Positions 29,617 through 41,730 of a stretch of DNA of 64,000 nt are shown piece by piece. Numbering within the stretch: the first letter of the stretch is position 1; the number at the start of each line of letters is the position of its first letter. The notes under the pieces are model-generated. The model was not told the DNA's origin. It did not search any database and saw nothing but the letters and a program-made list of their open reading frames with translations. The stretch covers positions 187,550,001-187,614,000 of the forward strand of contig OZ024743.1 of NCBI GenBank assembly GCA_964016885.1. Direction: 5' to 3'. This DNA is from Eledone cirrhosa (Eukaryota). The translations under genes were made by a program, and so were the position numbers.

Positions 29617-31455
29617 GTATCGTTAACCAGGTAATACTAGAGGGGGCCATACCAAAAGATTGGTGCAGTAGCATCATTGTCAACTGCTACAAAGGTAAAG
29701 GCGATGCACTAGATAGAGGAAACTATAGAGGTATAAAGTTGATGGACCAGGTCATGAAAGTAACAGAAAGAGTTATAGCACAGCTGATTAGGGACCGGGT
29801 GAATATAGACGAGATGCAATTTGGGTTTGTACCAGGGAAAGGCACCACTGATGCCCTCTTCCTTGTGAGGCAATTACAGGAAAAGTACCGAGCTAAAAGT
29901 AAGCCACTCTACTTGGCATTTGTCGACCTTGAGAAAGCCTTTGACAGAGTTCCACGTGCAGTAATCTGGTGGGCTCTTAGAAAACTAGGAGTAGATGAAT
30001 GGCTTGTGAAAGCGGTACAAGCCATGTATAGGGGAGCAGTCAGCAAAGTTAGGATTGGCAATGAGTATAGCGAGGAATTTAGCGTACAGGTTGGGGTCCA
30101 CCAGGGCTCTGTTCTTAGCCCTCTCCTGTTCATCATAGTCCTGCAGGCAATAACGGAGGAGTTTAAGACCGGATGCCCATGGGAACTCCTGTATGCTGAT
30201 GACCTCGCACTCATAGCTGAATCTATGGTAGAACTAGAGAATAAATTCCAAACCTGGAAGCAGGGACTAGAGAGAAAGGGCCTCAAAGTCAACATGACAA
30301 AGACTAAGGTCCTTATAAGTAGACGAGAAAACAGAACCCAGATCCCCTCAGGGAAATGGCCTTGCTCAGTATGTAGGAAAGGTGTAGGTAGGAACTCCAT
30401 TCTCTGCCCCAAATGCAAACAATGGGTACACAAGAGATGTAGCGGGATCTCAGGAAGCTTAATTAAGAATGTAGGATTCACATGCAGCAGCTGTGCTGAA
30501 ACAGCAAGCAAACAGCCACAGGAAACAAGTACCACCAATCTCTGGAGGGCCCTGTAGAAACAGTAGACAGCTTCTGCTACCTAGGTGACCGAATTAGCAA
30601 CGGAGGTGGGTGCTCAGAAAGTACAATAACTAGGGTAAGAACGGGATGGAAGAAGTTTAGGGAACTACTACCACTGCTAGCTGCAAAAGGCTTCTCCCTC
30701 AGAATGAAAGGCAGACTGTATGATGCGTGTATCCGAACAGCAATGTTGCATGGTAGTGAGACCTGGGCGCTGAAGGTGGAAGACTTACGTAGATTAGAGA
30801 GAAACGAAGCCTGCATACTCCGATGGATGTGTAACAGTAATATACGTGAACGACAAAGCATAAAGGAATTGAGAGAGAGACTGAGCACAAGAGGAATCAA
30901 ATGCTGCGTGCAGGAGAGGCGGTTACGCTGGTATGGACATGTGATGCGTATGAAGGATGACAGCTGCATAAAAAGGTGCAGAGCACTAGAAGTTGATGGA
31001 AACCGCGGAGTGGGGAGACCCAAGATGACTTGGGATGAGGTGATAAAAGCCGACCTTACCCAACTACACCTCTCAAAGTCAATGACACACGACCGTGACT
31101 TCTGGCGTCACGCAGTAATACAGGGTACCCGACCTCCCATGGGTACATGCTGAAGCATATAAACAATATGCCCCCCCCTCCCCCCCCCGCAAGGTGGTCG
31201 TGGAGGTGCCACGGCAAAAAAGCACCCAGCCCACACTGTAAAGTGGACGTGTAGGCGCCACGAAAAAGCACCCAGCACTCACTGTAAATGAGGTTGGTGT
31301 TAGGAAGGGCATCCAGCTGTAGAAATCAAGCCAGATCAGTTCCTGTATGAGCAAGGCATGGTCAGCCAACCAGACACTGCCCACAACAGGACAACCCGTC
31401 TAACCCATGCTAGCGTGGAAGAACGGACGTAAAACGGTGATGATGATGATGATGA
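29617..31455 (+). mobile_element. Younger 5'-truncated RTE LINE (RT + PHD insert + thumb + 3'UTR)
   Basis: Open frame to 30557 with LAFVDLEKAFDRV, HQGSVLSPLLF, LLYADDLAL; 1-nt deletion near 30545 relative to copy 1; continues FCYLGD...RRLRWYGHV...GRPKMTW to 31153. Confidence 0.95.
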
Positions 31456-31464
31456 TATATATAT

Positions 31465-31828
31465 ATATACACATTCATGTATACATTGCTATTTCAGAGC
31501 ACCAATCCTAATACTTAATTTTTGCTAGACCAGAAATCGCTCTGTGTAATCAGCTCCTGATTATTACTGGAATTCTATAAGAATGCAGCTTCTATACTTT
31601 TCAGCGGAATCAGTGAGTGTGTGGCTCTGAGGAAAGCCAACCAGCTTGAAACAGACAGTCAGCTTCTCTCCCTTCTTTTGCCAAAAAGAAGTAAGTGACA
31701 TAGTCACTACTTTAAAACTGATAGTGTATGGTCTTGTAAATGTTTTTAGTTAAACATACAGTATATTGCTAAATATACTATACATACATTCATGTACACA
31801 TCACTATTTCAGAGCACCAATCCATATA
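31465..31828 (+). mobile_element. ~315-bp HHR-containing monomer with terminal direct repeat (retrozyme-like or Penelope pLTR-derived)
   Basis: cattcatgta..ca..ctatttcagagcaccaatcc occurs twice (atttcagagc at 31491 and 31806, period 315); internal HHR; between (TA)n tracts. Confidence 0.65.
31623..31664 (+). ncRNA. Type I minimal hammerhead ribozyme
   Basis: ggct-CTGAGGA-aagc caacca gctt-GAAA-c agaca g-TC-agct; canonical core; GUC site after 31660. Confidence 0.75.
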
Positions 31829-32274
31829 CATATATATATATTTATCAAAGGTATATTTTGAGTTAGGAACTCAAAATAGTATCTTACAATAAAATAGCTC
31901 TAAGAAAGGGAATTTTCCGAGCCGTATATTATAATTGAATATAAAAGAAAAACGAACATAGATATATACATATGTGTATTCAAATCGCAAGGGACCAGAT
32001 TCGCTAAGGTGAAAAGAATACTAACTATAGACAATAGGGTTTGCTTGTCTCAATTTAAGAAAAAATCAAGAAAATAAATACAAACCGGAATTGTGGTAAC
32101 TACTATATATATTTATATAGTTCAATGGATTGTAACTTCATGTTACTATTAGTTCACCAACTTGAGCACACAATGCATAGGTGGGTCTATTTAAGTATTC
32201 TACATGGTGTTGTACATTTGATGTTTTTACTATGGTTGGTTTTCTTCATAAGCAGAGTGTAAATCATAATAATA

Positions 32275-32450
32275 ATAATAGTTTCTACTTTTGGCACAAG
32301 GCCAGTAATTAAATCAGTGTATTACTGGTACTTTATTTTATCAACCCCATAAGGTCGAAAGGCAAAGTTAACCTCGGCAGGATTTGAACTCAGACCATAA
32401 AAGGCTGCAAAGCATGGCGTCCGACTCTCTACCGATACTGCCAATTCACA
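32275..32450 (-). mobile_element. SINE family B
   Basis: Reverse complement of 50237-50430. Confidence 0.85.
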
Positions 32451-33159
32451 ATAATAATAAGTAGGATTGAGGTGTCCAAGTATCATTATTAAGTTTATTC
32501 AGGTGTGACATGCATTTCGCATTTGATCAGCTTAAGGTACGTTCCATATCAATCGTGCCCGACTCTGGAATCAATAGCTTATCAGACTCTTGGTTTCCTT
32601 AATGTTGGGTGATATCTACATACAGCTTTAAATTACTATTTCTCATTTACCTGGGGTGTTTTCTTCTTTGTTTTGGTTGGTTGTTTGCTGGGAGAATATA
32701 GGGAAAAAGGTAAAAAAAAGGAAGAGAGGAGGAGTGAGAGTACAAAGGGAAAAAAATAGCAAGGGAATGGGGCTAAAGGTAGGAAGAGGGAGAGATAAGT
32801 ATTGATCAATCTAACAGTGGACAGATTCGAGAAGGGTCAAGGGAATGGTGGGTAGATGGTGATGACTAAGGGGTGCTAGATAAGAATAGGGGATAAGAAT
32901 TAATGGGAGGCCAGAGAAAGGAAATAAGAAAAGAATAAGAAGGGAGAGAAGAAGAAAGAGAAAAGGGAGAAAGGGTGGGAAAGGGATAATGGCAAACATA
33001 ATAAAATGAAGTAAAATGAAACATAATAATTAAAATAATATGGTGAGGTAAAAGAGACAACAATGAAAAATGAAAAATAAACTATAAAATTGAAAAATAA
33101 AAATAAAAATAAAATGGCGGAGTTACAGAAAAGGTATATATATATATATATATATATAT

Positions 33160-33490
33160 TAGTTTTGCGAGGTTTTTGATATGAAATCGTGTGTCGAAAC
33201 AAATATTGTTACACTTTCGGGGGGGGCATATTTGTGTAATATTGCCAGAATTAGTAACAGAACACACTCACTGTTTGGTTGGTTTTTGTTGGTCAGTCAA
33301 TGGCAACATTGAGGACCGGATAAATTAAATTAACCGATATAAAAGACACAGAAGCGCAAAGCGAAAACCAACCAAACAGTGAGTGTGTTCTGTTATTAAT
33401 TCTAGCAATATTACACAAATATGACCTCCCCAAGTATAACAATATATATATAACAAAAAGGTATAAAATCAAAAACTTCAAGAAATAATT
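33160..33490. repeat. Foldback inverted repeat next to (TA)n with degenerate HHR-like motif
   Basis: Arms 33225-33290 / 33360-33430 are reverse complements; TTGATAT..gtc-GAAA-caaatattg-TT at 33176-33210. Confidence 0.7.
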
Positions 33491-33665
33491 GTTTCTACTT
33501 TTTGACACATGGCCAGCAATTACCCAGTATATTACTGGTACTTTATTTTATTGACCTCGTTAGGATGAAAGGCAAAGTTAACCTCGGCGGGATTTGAACT
33601 CAGATCATAAAGGGACGTAACTATGCTAGAAAGCATGTCTGACCCTCTACCGATACTGCCAATGA
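33485..33665 (-). mobile_element. SINE family B
   Basis: Reverse complement of the family B consensus. Confidence 0.85.
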
Positions 33666-33935
33666 GATAAAAAGAGGAAAGTAATATAGTAAAAAAGGGA
33701 AATAAAATGTATGTATGCCAGTAATATGATAATGAAAATGAAATAAAGTAAAATGATAATGAAAATAAAATAAACAGTAAAGAGTGAATATGTCTGGGGC
33801 ATTGATTGTGTTCATAATCTCTTTGAAGTGGCAGTCTTTGGTTGAGGTGTTTCCTACCCTGATCATTTAGATTACCATAGACATGTTATATTAGATTAAA
33901 AAAAAGGATCTAAATGATGGCTCTATTGCTTACAT

Positions 33936-34205
33936 CAGAGGTTCTCAAACTTTTGGGGCCTCTGTACCCCTCAGTCACAGAGAGACCTGTCTACATGCAA
34001 ATTGTAAATAATATATAATAAATTAAGTGATTAATTTATATATAATAAACAATATGATATATAATATGTATAAATAAATATTATATATTTTTTATTTTAC
34101 TATATTTATATATATATATATATGTATCATTTGATATCTAATATACTATTATATCCTCTCTACCCCCCCCCCCCGGTTGGGGAGGGGCTACTTTGAGAAC
34201 CTCTG
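33936..34205. mobile_element. hAT (Charlie/Buster-like) MITE
   Basis: TIR CAGAGGTTCTCAAA / TTTGAGAACCTCTG; perfect 8-bp TSD GCTTACAT. Confidence 0.92.
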
Positions 34206-35229
34206 GCTTACATGAATCAAGCATTATGATCATATTTGCAATGTTGTTGAATACATGAGTAATAATGTTATTGTAGAGAATGCTGAAAATTTATAAAAGT
34301 AAACTTGAAAACCAGCCTTAAAGTAAAATCAACTACTGTTTCTACAGAGCCCTCCCAGAGTTTGGTGGTGCTTTTTTCCTGTGGTCGTTTGCTGTCCCAG
34401 CGCAGCTGCTACATATGAAGCCATCAGTACACTAGGCATGTCAAACTGAGGGTCCTCCGAGGACAACTTAGCCTTTCATCCTTTTGAGGTCGATAAAAGA
34501 AGTACCAGTCTAGTACTGTGGTTGATTCTTCCTCTATATCACTTTCTCATTTCCTCTCTCTCACTTTCTATCTTTCATTGGAAGAAATCTGCTGTATTCA
34601 GGCCTGGAGAGGGATGGGCTCTGCCAAGCTTAAAATGCCCAAGAAACGCTGTATTTCAATACGGCACCGCTATCACTCTCTTGTGGGTTACAGGACCATA
34701 CATACCAATAAAATGTAATGCTTTTGTTGCAAAATTTAGGGTATCTCAAATAAGTTAACTTTTAAAAAATCTGGAAGTAAAGACTGGAAGCATGAGCCAA
34801 ACTGTAAGAGGTAAAATAATTATTTCTGATAGATGTCATTAGATTCATCAACAGTAATAATGTACAGGGTGTCATATCAAATGCATGGGTTGTATTAAGT
34901 ATAATGCTTACAATATCCATAATTGTCATAACGGGAGAACTATGTTTCAGCAAATTAAAGCTTATAAAGACATATTTGATGTTGTTAGTGGCACTAAAGA
35001 GGTTAAGTTTTTTGGCAGATTTGTTAACAGAAAATGATACTGTAGAAACGTAGGTATAGAAAGTGGTATGGAAAAATTGGTTGATTTAAAGATGAGAAAA
35101 ATATTTTAAATAATTTAGCTGAGATAATGTATGTTTTTCAACATCTATTTTTTGTTCATATTCTAGTGTATTAAGTGGCCATATGCATATACATACATAT
35201 ATATACTCAGTTTTCACAGCACTGATTTT

Positions 35230-36110
35230 CATTCCAGCCATGCAGCACTCGCCATCAAACTTATCAAGTGCAAATCAGAGATCACCTTCTTTTAAGTTAA
35301 GTAACATCATGTCATCTACAAATTCCAGTCAACTAATTTTAGACCAACCAGTCATGATACCACTTCCAACCCGGCTGTACCTGTTAATCCTGTTGCTGAA
35401 AATAATGAACAGGAGAGTGAACGGTATGCAACTTTGGTGGAATTTGACTCCCTCAGTGTATGGTTTCGATTTAGCACCATTTATCCAAACACAAATACTT
35501 GGGTATTCATATATAGACATCAGAACAGTAAGAAGCTGACCACTGATCCATACTCCTGAACAACCTTACACAGCATGTCCTGAGGAGCACATGGATATAT
35601 GAATGTTATATGAATGTTATATGAATGTTTGAGGTCTACAAAGCTAGATTATACCTCTTGACAATACTCCCAAGATTTCTGAAAGACCTGCTGCATTGTA
35701 AATATTTGGTCGGTTGTGCAGTATCTGGGGCAAAAAGAACAATGTTCAACAGCTAGCTTGGACTCAACAATCTCCCTGCATCGCTTTGCCAGACACTTAG
35801 CATAGACTTTACTGGGAGGCTTAACAAGGAGGTCCATCTGTAATTGAAACAATCTTGTCTGCCTTTTAGAAAATTGGGATTATCGCTCCCGATTGCCATT
35901 GCTAATATGACTTTCCAGAGATCCAGGCCACCCAGCAAACATGAGTCAGCCAGAAAATACCTTCTCTATTTAATGCTTTTAACATCTCAGTTCGGATTTC
36001 ATCTTCCCCAGCAGCCTTGTCACATTTGAGCTCTTTAACTGCTCTTGTGACCTCAGCCTTTGATAGATTGGTCACCACTTCCAGATGCACCTCATGTACA
36101 TCAGATTTTG
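35230..36110 (-). pseudogene. Old RTE-like reverse transcriptase fossil (different family)
   Basis: EVTRAVKELKCDKAAGEDEIRTEMLKAL; TTDQIFTMQQVFQKSWEY; GVKFHQSC..TLLFIIF. Confidence 0.8.
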
Positions 36111-36915
36111 TGATCAATTACAAATACAAGCAGCAAAAATGGGGTTCCTCCGAAAGGTGTTTGGAGTCATGTTACACAATAGATTACATAGCTTAGAGAT
36201 CAGAGAGTCACTCTAGGTAGAACCACTACATCTATATACATCTATAGTACTGTTTAGATTTTTCTTCTTTGCACAAAGAAGCCACTCAGTGATTTCAAAG
36301 AAAATGTGTTATGATCAATGCCAGTAATATAGATGCAATCTCTTTCCCCTATCTCTTTCTCCCTCTCAATAAAGTGGTAGATCCAATCGATGCTCTGGGA
36401 AATGTTCTTAAATCACTTTGGGATAGGGATGAAAAGTTGGAAATGGAGGCCAAGAATTTCTGTGCTATCACAAACTACAAGCCAACAGCAGGCAATCCAA
36501 GAATGAAAACAAACATCACTCCCAGAGGAAGCAGTTGTTTACTCAGGATAAAAATTCAGATGCAAGACTTTCAATGTCACAAGTGCTTTGTGTCTATTGG
36601 ATGTAGAGAGCGGTGTTCTAAATATGATAGAGTTTGAGTTCATTAAATATTTTTCATGTGCCAAGGATATTTTCTGAGTATTATAGTGATGCATAAAACT
36701 GATATAACTTACTGTACTTAGCTTAAATAAATGTTTTTACTTTGACAGGTGCATTTGAATTTTCTAAGTAGGATTCCATATGTTTGCAAAGCACTCTGTG
36801 ATTGCCCTCCTACGAATGTGTAAGTTTTGAATTTAACATTTATGTATACCATTTAAAAGTTTTGTATTTATGTATATATCTTTGTACAATTTATGCATTT
36901 ATATATATTTCCATG

Positions 36916-36953
<38 letters not shown>

Positions 36954-37024
36954 CAGACGTGAATCTAAATATTGAGTGCTCGACCAGGGTGAACCTACAA
37001 TAACTTCACGTTAAACTCCCTGGA

Positions 37025-37306
37025 TATTCAATTCTTAGACCGGGTGATGTGTTGTTTCCTTGAGCAAGGCACTTTATTTCACATTGCTCCAGTTTACACA
37101 GCTGTAGAAATGAGATGATAGGGACTGGGGTCCATATCATTCCACTGCAAAGTGGTCGTGGAGGTGCCATGGCCAAAAAGCACCCAGCACTCATTGTAAA
37201 TGAGGTTGGTGTTAGGAAGGGCATCCAGCTGTAGAAATCAAGCCAGAGTCAGTTCCCGTCCCACCCTTGCAAACAGGGAAAAGTGGATGTAAAATGATGA
37301 TGATGA

Positions 37307-37310
<4 letters not shown>
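37025..37310 (-). mobile_element. SINE family A, head truncated
   Basis: Core and RTE-derived tail colinear with 18145-18430 on the + strand as written (polarity same as 18088 copy); (GAT)n tail at 37295. Confidence 0.6.
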
Positions 37311-37351
<41 letters not shown>

Positions 37352-37643
37352 CATGTGTATGTATGTATGTGTGTGTGTGTGTGCATTTATTATAATTACA
37401 GATTAACTTTTAAGCAAAGAATTTCTGCTTTCACCCTACTACAGGATCTTCTGACATTGAGAAAAATAAATCTGTAGATGCAGATGTAAATATTTTTTTT
37501 AATGTTACAACCAATAGAAAACAGGAAGACATAACGTTGGTTCATGAAAACATTCTCTGAATATGGACAAAAAATATGCAAGGATAATTATGTCATTTTG
37601 TGAAGCAAAAAGAATAATTTCTTGCTAAGAACAAACATTTTTT

Positions 37644-37825
37644 GCTATGAAAACATCTTTTGACTAAATTCTTTTTAGAATAGCCAAATAATTTCCAGCC
37701 ACCGTGTTTTGAAAATGATGTAAATAAAATTTACTGTTTATCATTTGATTTTATTTACATCATTGTCAATACATGGTAGCTGGCTATTCTAAAAAGAATT
37801 TAGTCTAATGATCTTTTCATAGCAT
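37644..37825. repeat. ~180-bp palindrome / MITE-like element
   Basis: gactaaattctttttagaatagcca / tggctattctaaaaagaatttagtc plus inner arms tgatgtaaataaaat / attttatttacatca. Confidence 0.75.
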
Positions 37826-37829
37826 TTGG

Positions 37830-39896
37830 AAAATGGACGACACATGTATTTTACAGCACCAAATGCAACCCGACAAGCCATAGCACCAAAAAAGACAAAT
37901 TTGGCTGCATTTTAAAAACATTGTAGAACTGACAGCTTTGCACAACCTCAACTATATGGAGAAATGCCATCCTAAACAGAGGGGAAATAGAACTGACAAA
38001 ATCAAGAAAGACCAGAAGAAAACCATCTTGAAATTTGCAAAAGCGAAGCACTGGGTAGAATTTTAACAATACATCTAGGATAACATGAATGTTTCCACTT
38101 GAGAGTGCTGCTAAATATAGTTAGAGGCTCTCAAGGTTTTGGTGAACTTCTTAAATTGAATGGTGCTCTTAATAACACATATCAAAAGGCCTGCATGTGG
38201 AGAATTCTATTTGAAGACGACAATCAATGGGATGCAACACTTGCAGAAGCATCTCTATCTCAGACTGCCAAAAGTATTTGTAATTTGTTTGCAATTATAT
38301 TGCATCATAGCCAAGCCATTGGCCCTTTGGCAGAAGTAAAGTATGACATGTTCAAAGACATCAAACACCAAGTGCAACTGAGAAACTCTGATATAGAAAT
38401 AACTTTTTCAGACAAACATTATAACACAGCTTTGATCAAGATTGAAAACAAACTGGGAGAAATAGATGGACCTGTCCTGCATTTATTAGGCCTGCTCTGC
38501 ATTGATAGAACTAATTTTTATGGCCTATGGAGTGAAATTGTATGAGAAGTTTCATGCAATGTAGAGGACTTCATCTCCCATGTCAACAAAAGTTATCCAC
38601 AACTACTAGACGATCAAATCACAGTATATAACATTATACTTTGAGTAAATTATGCAACAGAATGGTGGCCTACTTTTTAACAATGCTCCAGGTAGAACGG
38701 GTAAAATCTTCCGGAAAAACCTATTGTTGTCTAAAATCTGACAAAACCAAAAAGTAGCTTTAATTGTTGCTTCACCTGGTATTGCTGTTGCACTTTTACC
38801 TTGTGGTTGGACAGCTCATTCTACTTTCAAATTGGACTTGGGCCTCAGTTTGAATGAAATGTCCATGTGTCATATAAAGAAGGACTAAGAAACTGTTCAA
38901 GTATTGCAAAGATGCATGGAAATTGTTTGGGATGAAGGCACAGTGGCACACCGACAGTATTGCAGGCTTCGGACAGAATCATGGGAGTAATCACTGTTGT
39001 TTAATTAGGTATTTCTTACAAACTTTATCTCTGGTAACAAAAGGGACTTGCACTGATCAAATTTGAGATTGCCTAAAATCGCCAACTTTATGGTCACATA
39101 TCACCAAACTCAGTTTAAAAACCAACATGTGGGCACAACTTCACTGTGATAACGTTTTTGTAGAGTTTGCTTGAGAGCTTCTGAAACTTGGTGAAAGCAA
39201 AATATTCCTTGATATTGAAGCATGTTTTGCTCCTTCGGAAATTGTTGATAGCTTAATTTACAAAGTGTTCCCCAATTTCGAAATCCACCATTCCAACGAA
39301 GAGTGGCTGAGCAAAAGAGCAATCCTTACTCCCCCACCCTCAATCATCAGAGAGAGTGCCATCAACAAAAGTCTCTCAAAAATGATCCCTGGAGGTAACC
39401 AAACTTGTAAATCTATCGACAAAATTGTCAACAAGGAGAAAGCTATTCATTATCTGTTGAACTTCTTAACAGACTTAAACCATCTGGTATGCTGCCACAC
39501 AAGCTTGAATTGAAGAAGACCACAGACACCATGCTTCACAGAAAGTTGGATCAGCAAAGATTGTGCAATGGGATGTGTATGGTTGTGACTGAACTACAGC
39601 CTCACATTATTGAAGCCCAAATCCCCACTGGTAAGGGAGACATTGCATTTATATCTAGAATGCTGCTAATACTAACGAATGTCTCCTTTCATTTGAAATG
39701 ATGGCAATTTCCAGTGAGAGTCAGTTATGCAATGACTATCAACAAATCTCAGGTTGTTGGTCTCTATCTATAAGAGGTCTGTTTCTCACATGGTCAATTG
39801 TATATAGGTTGTTCCACAATGGGAAGTCCCAACAAATTCTTCATATATCCTCCAAAGAAAAAAGTTAAAAACTTTGTATATACTGATGTTCTGTAA
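37830..39896 (+). mobile_element. Helitron Rep-Hel (PIF1 helicase) pseudogene
   Basis: ECFHLRVLLNIVRG; NAPGRTGK (motif I); IVWDEG; RLCNG; QFPVRVSYAMTINKSQ; FSHGQLYIGCS; KNFVYTDVL; many frameshifts. Confidence 0.9.
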
Positions 39897-40339
39897 ATGT
39901 TTTGTAATTTTTGTAGAATACATTTTTCTATTATTTTCTTTATTACTTTCTATATTTAGATATTCCAAATAAAATTAAACAACATTTAATGCAATATCTA
40001 AATACCTTTTAAATCTTTTATTTTAAAAAAAATGGACGTAATGATAGATGCCAATCAGTGCCTTATAAATGGAAGTAGAAACTAGGGTTAAGGTCAAGTG
40101 AATAGTAGTGTATATATATATACATATATATATAGTTATATATATATATATTAGAGAAGACGGGGGCCTAGCAGCTGTGCTTTTGTTGTTTCAATAGCTA
40201 ATTCCAGGCCTCGAAGTAGCTGTTGAAACAACAAGTGCTCTACCATTGGGCTCTGACTCACTAATATAGTTACAGTTCCTATCCCAAGTATCAAGTACTC
40301 TACTTAATAATGGTCTTACTAGTTTAAAACTGTTAAAAT

Positions 40340-40819
40340 CCTGATATATATATATATTTCGGCTCCCTCAAGAGGTGAGCTTATTAAGGCGCGTGTGTTT
40401 GACTGTTATTTCTAACCAATACACTCACACCACTTTTGACTTACGGCACACGAGGTGATAAATTCCTTTTTCTGTGTGAACGTTAGTACTAGGAGTTTGT
40501 CGCATTTAATCAGATTCTCTCGCTGATGATGCCCGTGGATTATCTGTTACAAACACACTCAGGGTGAAACAGATTATCCCTAATCTGTCCGAGAGATATA
40601 ATAGTTATTGAGGCGGTTTGTATAATATAATTTTATTTTATTTTATCATTCTGTCTGCTTCATGGTTAAATATTTCAAACAAATGTGGTTCTTCAACCCT
40701 CGTAATATTAGACACACGATTTACTGTGTTTCTTACTACATATATATTATTATAATGCTCAGTATTTATACTTGGAGCTTATTGATTACAGGGTTTCAGT
40801 ATGAGTTATTAGCTCTAAC

Positions 40820-40822
<3 letters not shown>
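40340..40822 (+). mobile_element. ~480-bp non-coding element carrying an intact hammerhead ribozyme, between (TA)n tracts
   Basis: Unique, more GC-rich block bounded by TA repeats; contains the HHR at 40516-40596. Confidence 0.6.
40516..40596 (+). ncRNA. Type I hammerhead ribozyme
   Basis: tctctcg-CTGATGA-t-gccc(loop)gggt-GAAA-cagatta tccc taatctg-TC-cgagaga; 7-bp stems I and III; GUC site after 40589. Confidence 0.88.
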
Positions 40823-40882
<60 letters not shown>

Positions 40883-40887
40883 GATAC

Positions 40888-40969
<82 letters not shown>

Positions 40970-41544
40970 ATTTATATATATATGTATATATATATATATA
41001 TAATTGTACAAGAGTGTTGTTTATCTTAGTTGTTACGTAGTAACTTCCTGATGATAAGCAGGTTCTAGTGATCCAAAGCCCTACACATCAGTAATTTATC
41101 CCACATAGGTGCATCTTAACTACAATTATATATATATTTGTATATTGTTTATTAAGGCTAAATAGTGAGTCTTATTACTCTGGAGTTTCTTGTCTGATGA
41201 CCTTGTGATAAGCAGGTGAAACTCTATTCTGACCAGACTCATCATATATTTATATATGATTATTAATGTAAACAGACATTGGTTGTATTGAATTATTGCA
41301 ACGAAGCGATGAGGGAATATGAAGTTCAAAGAAAAATCGAAAAATGAGAAAATCTGACGTTTGAGTTTCCCATTTTTCCATTTTTCTATGAATTATTAAT
41401 GTATTTTTTTCTTTTATTGAATGAAAAATAAGATTTTCTTCTTCAGGCCATCAAGCAAAAATAAAAAAAATAAAAATTATAATTGAAAGAAGGCATCATA
41501 TCTTGGAAACCCTTTTAAATATCCACAAAAACATTATTTTTAAT

Positions 41545-41730
41545 TGGGTGGTGGATTGGCAGTATCGGTAGAGGGTCGGATGCCATGCTTTGCAGCAAAG
41601 AGTTACGGCCCTTTATGATCTGAGTTCAAATCCCACTGTAGTTAACTTTGCCTTTCATCCTTATGGGGTCGATAAAATAAGTACACTGGGATAATTGCTG
41701 GCCTTGTGCCAAAAGTAGAAACAATTATTT
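41545..41730 (+). mobile_element. SINE family B
   Basis: ggtggattggcagtatcggtagagggtcgga...gagttcaaatccc...ggtcgataaaataag...gccaaaagtagaaac. Confidence 0.85.

Noticed and set aside
31850-32110. gattcgctaaggtgaaa resembling the 49527 hammerhead, plus an 11-bp hairpin
   Set aside because: No CUGANGA box or stem I/III; cannot be supported
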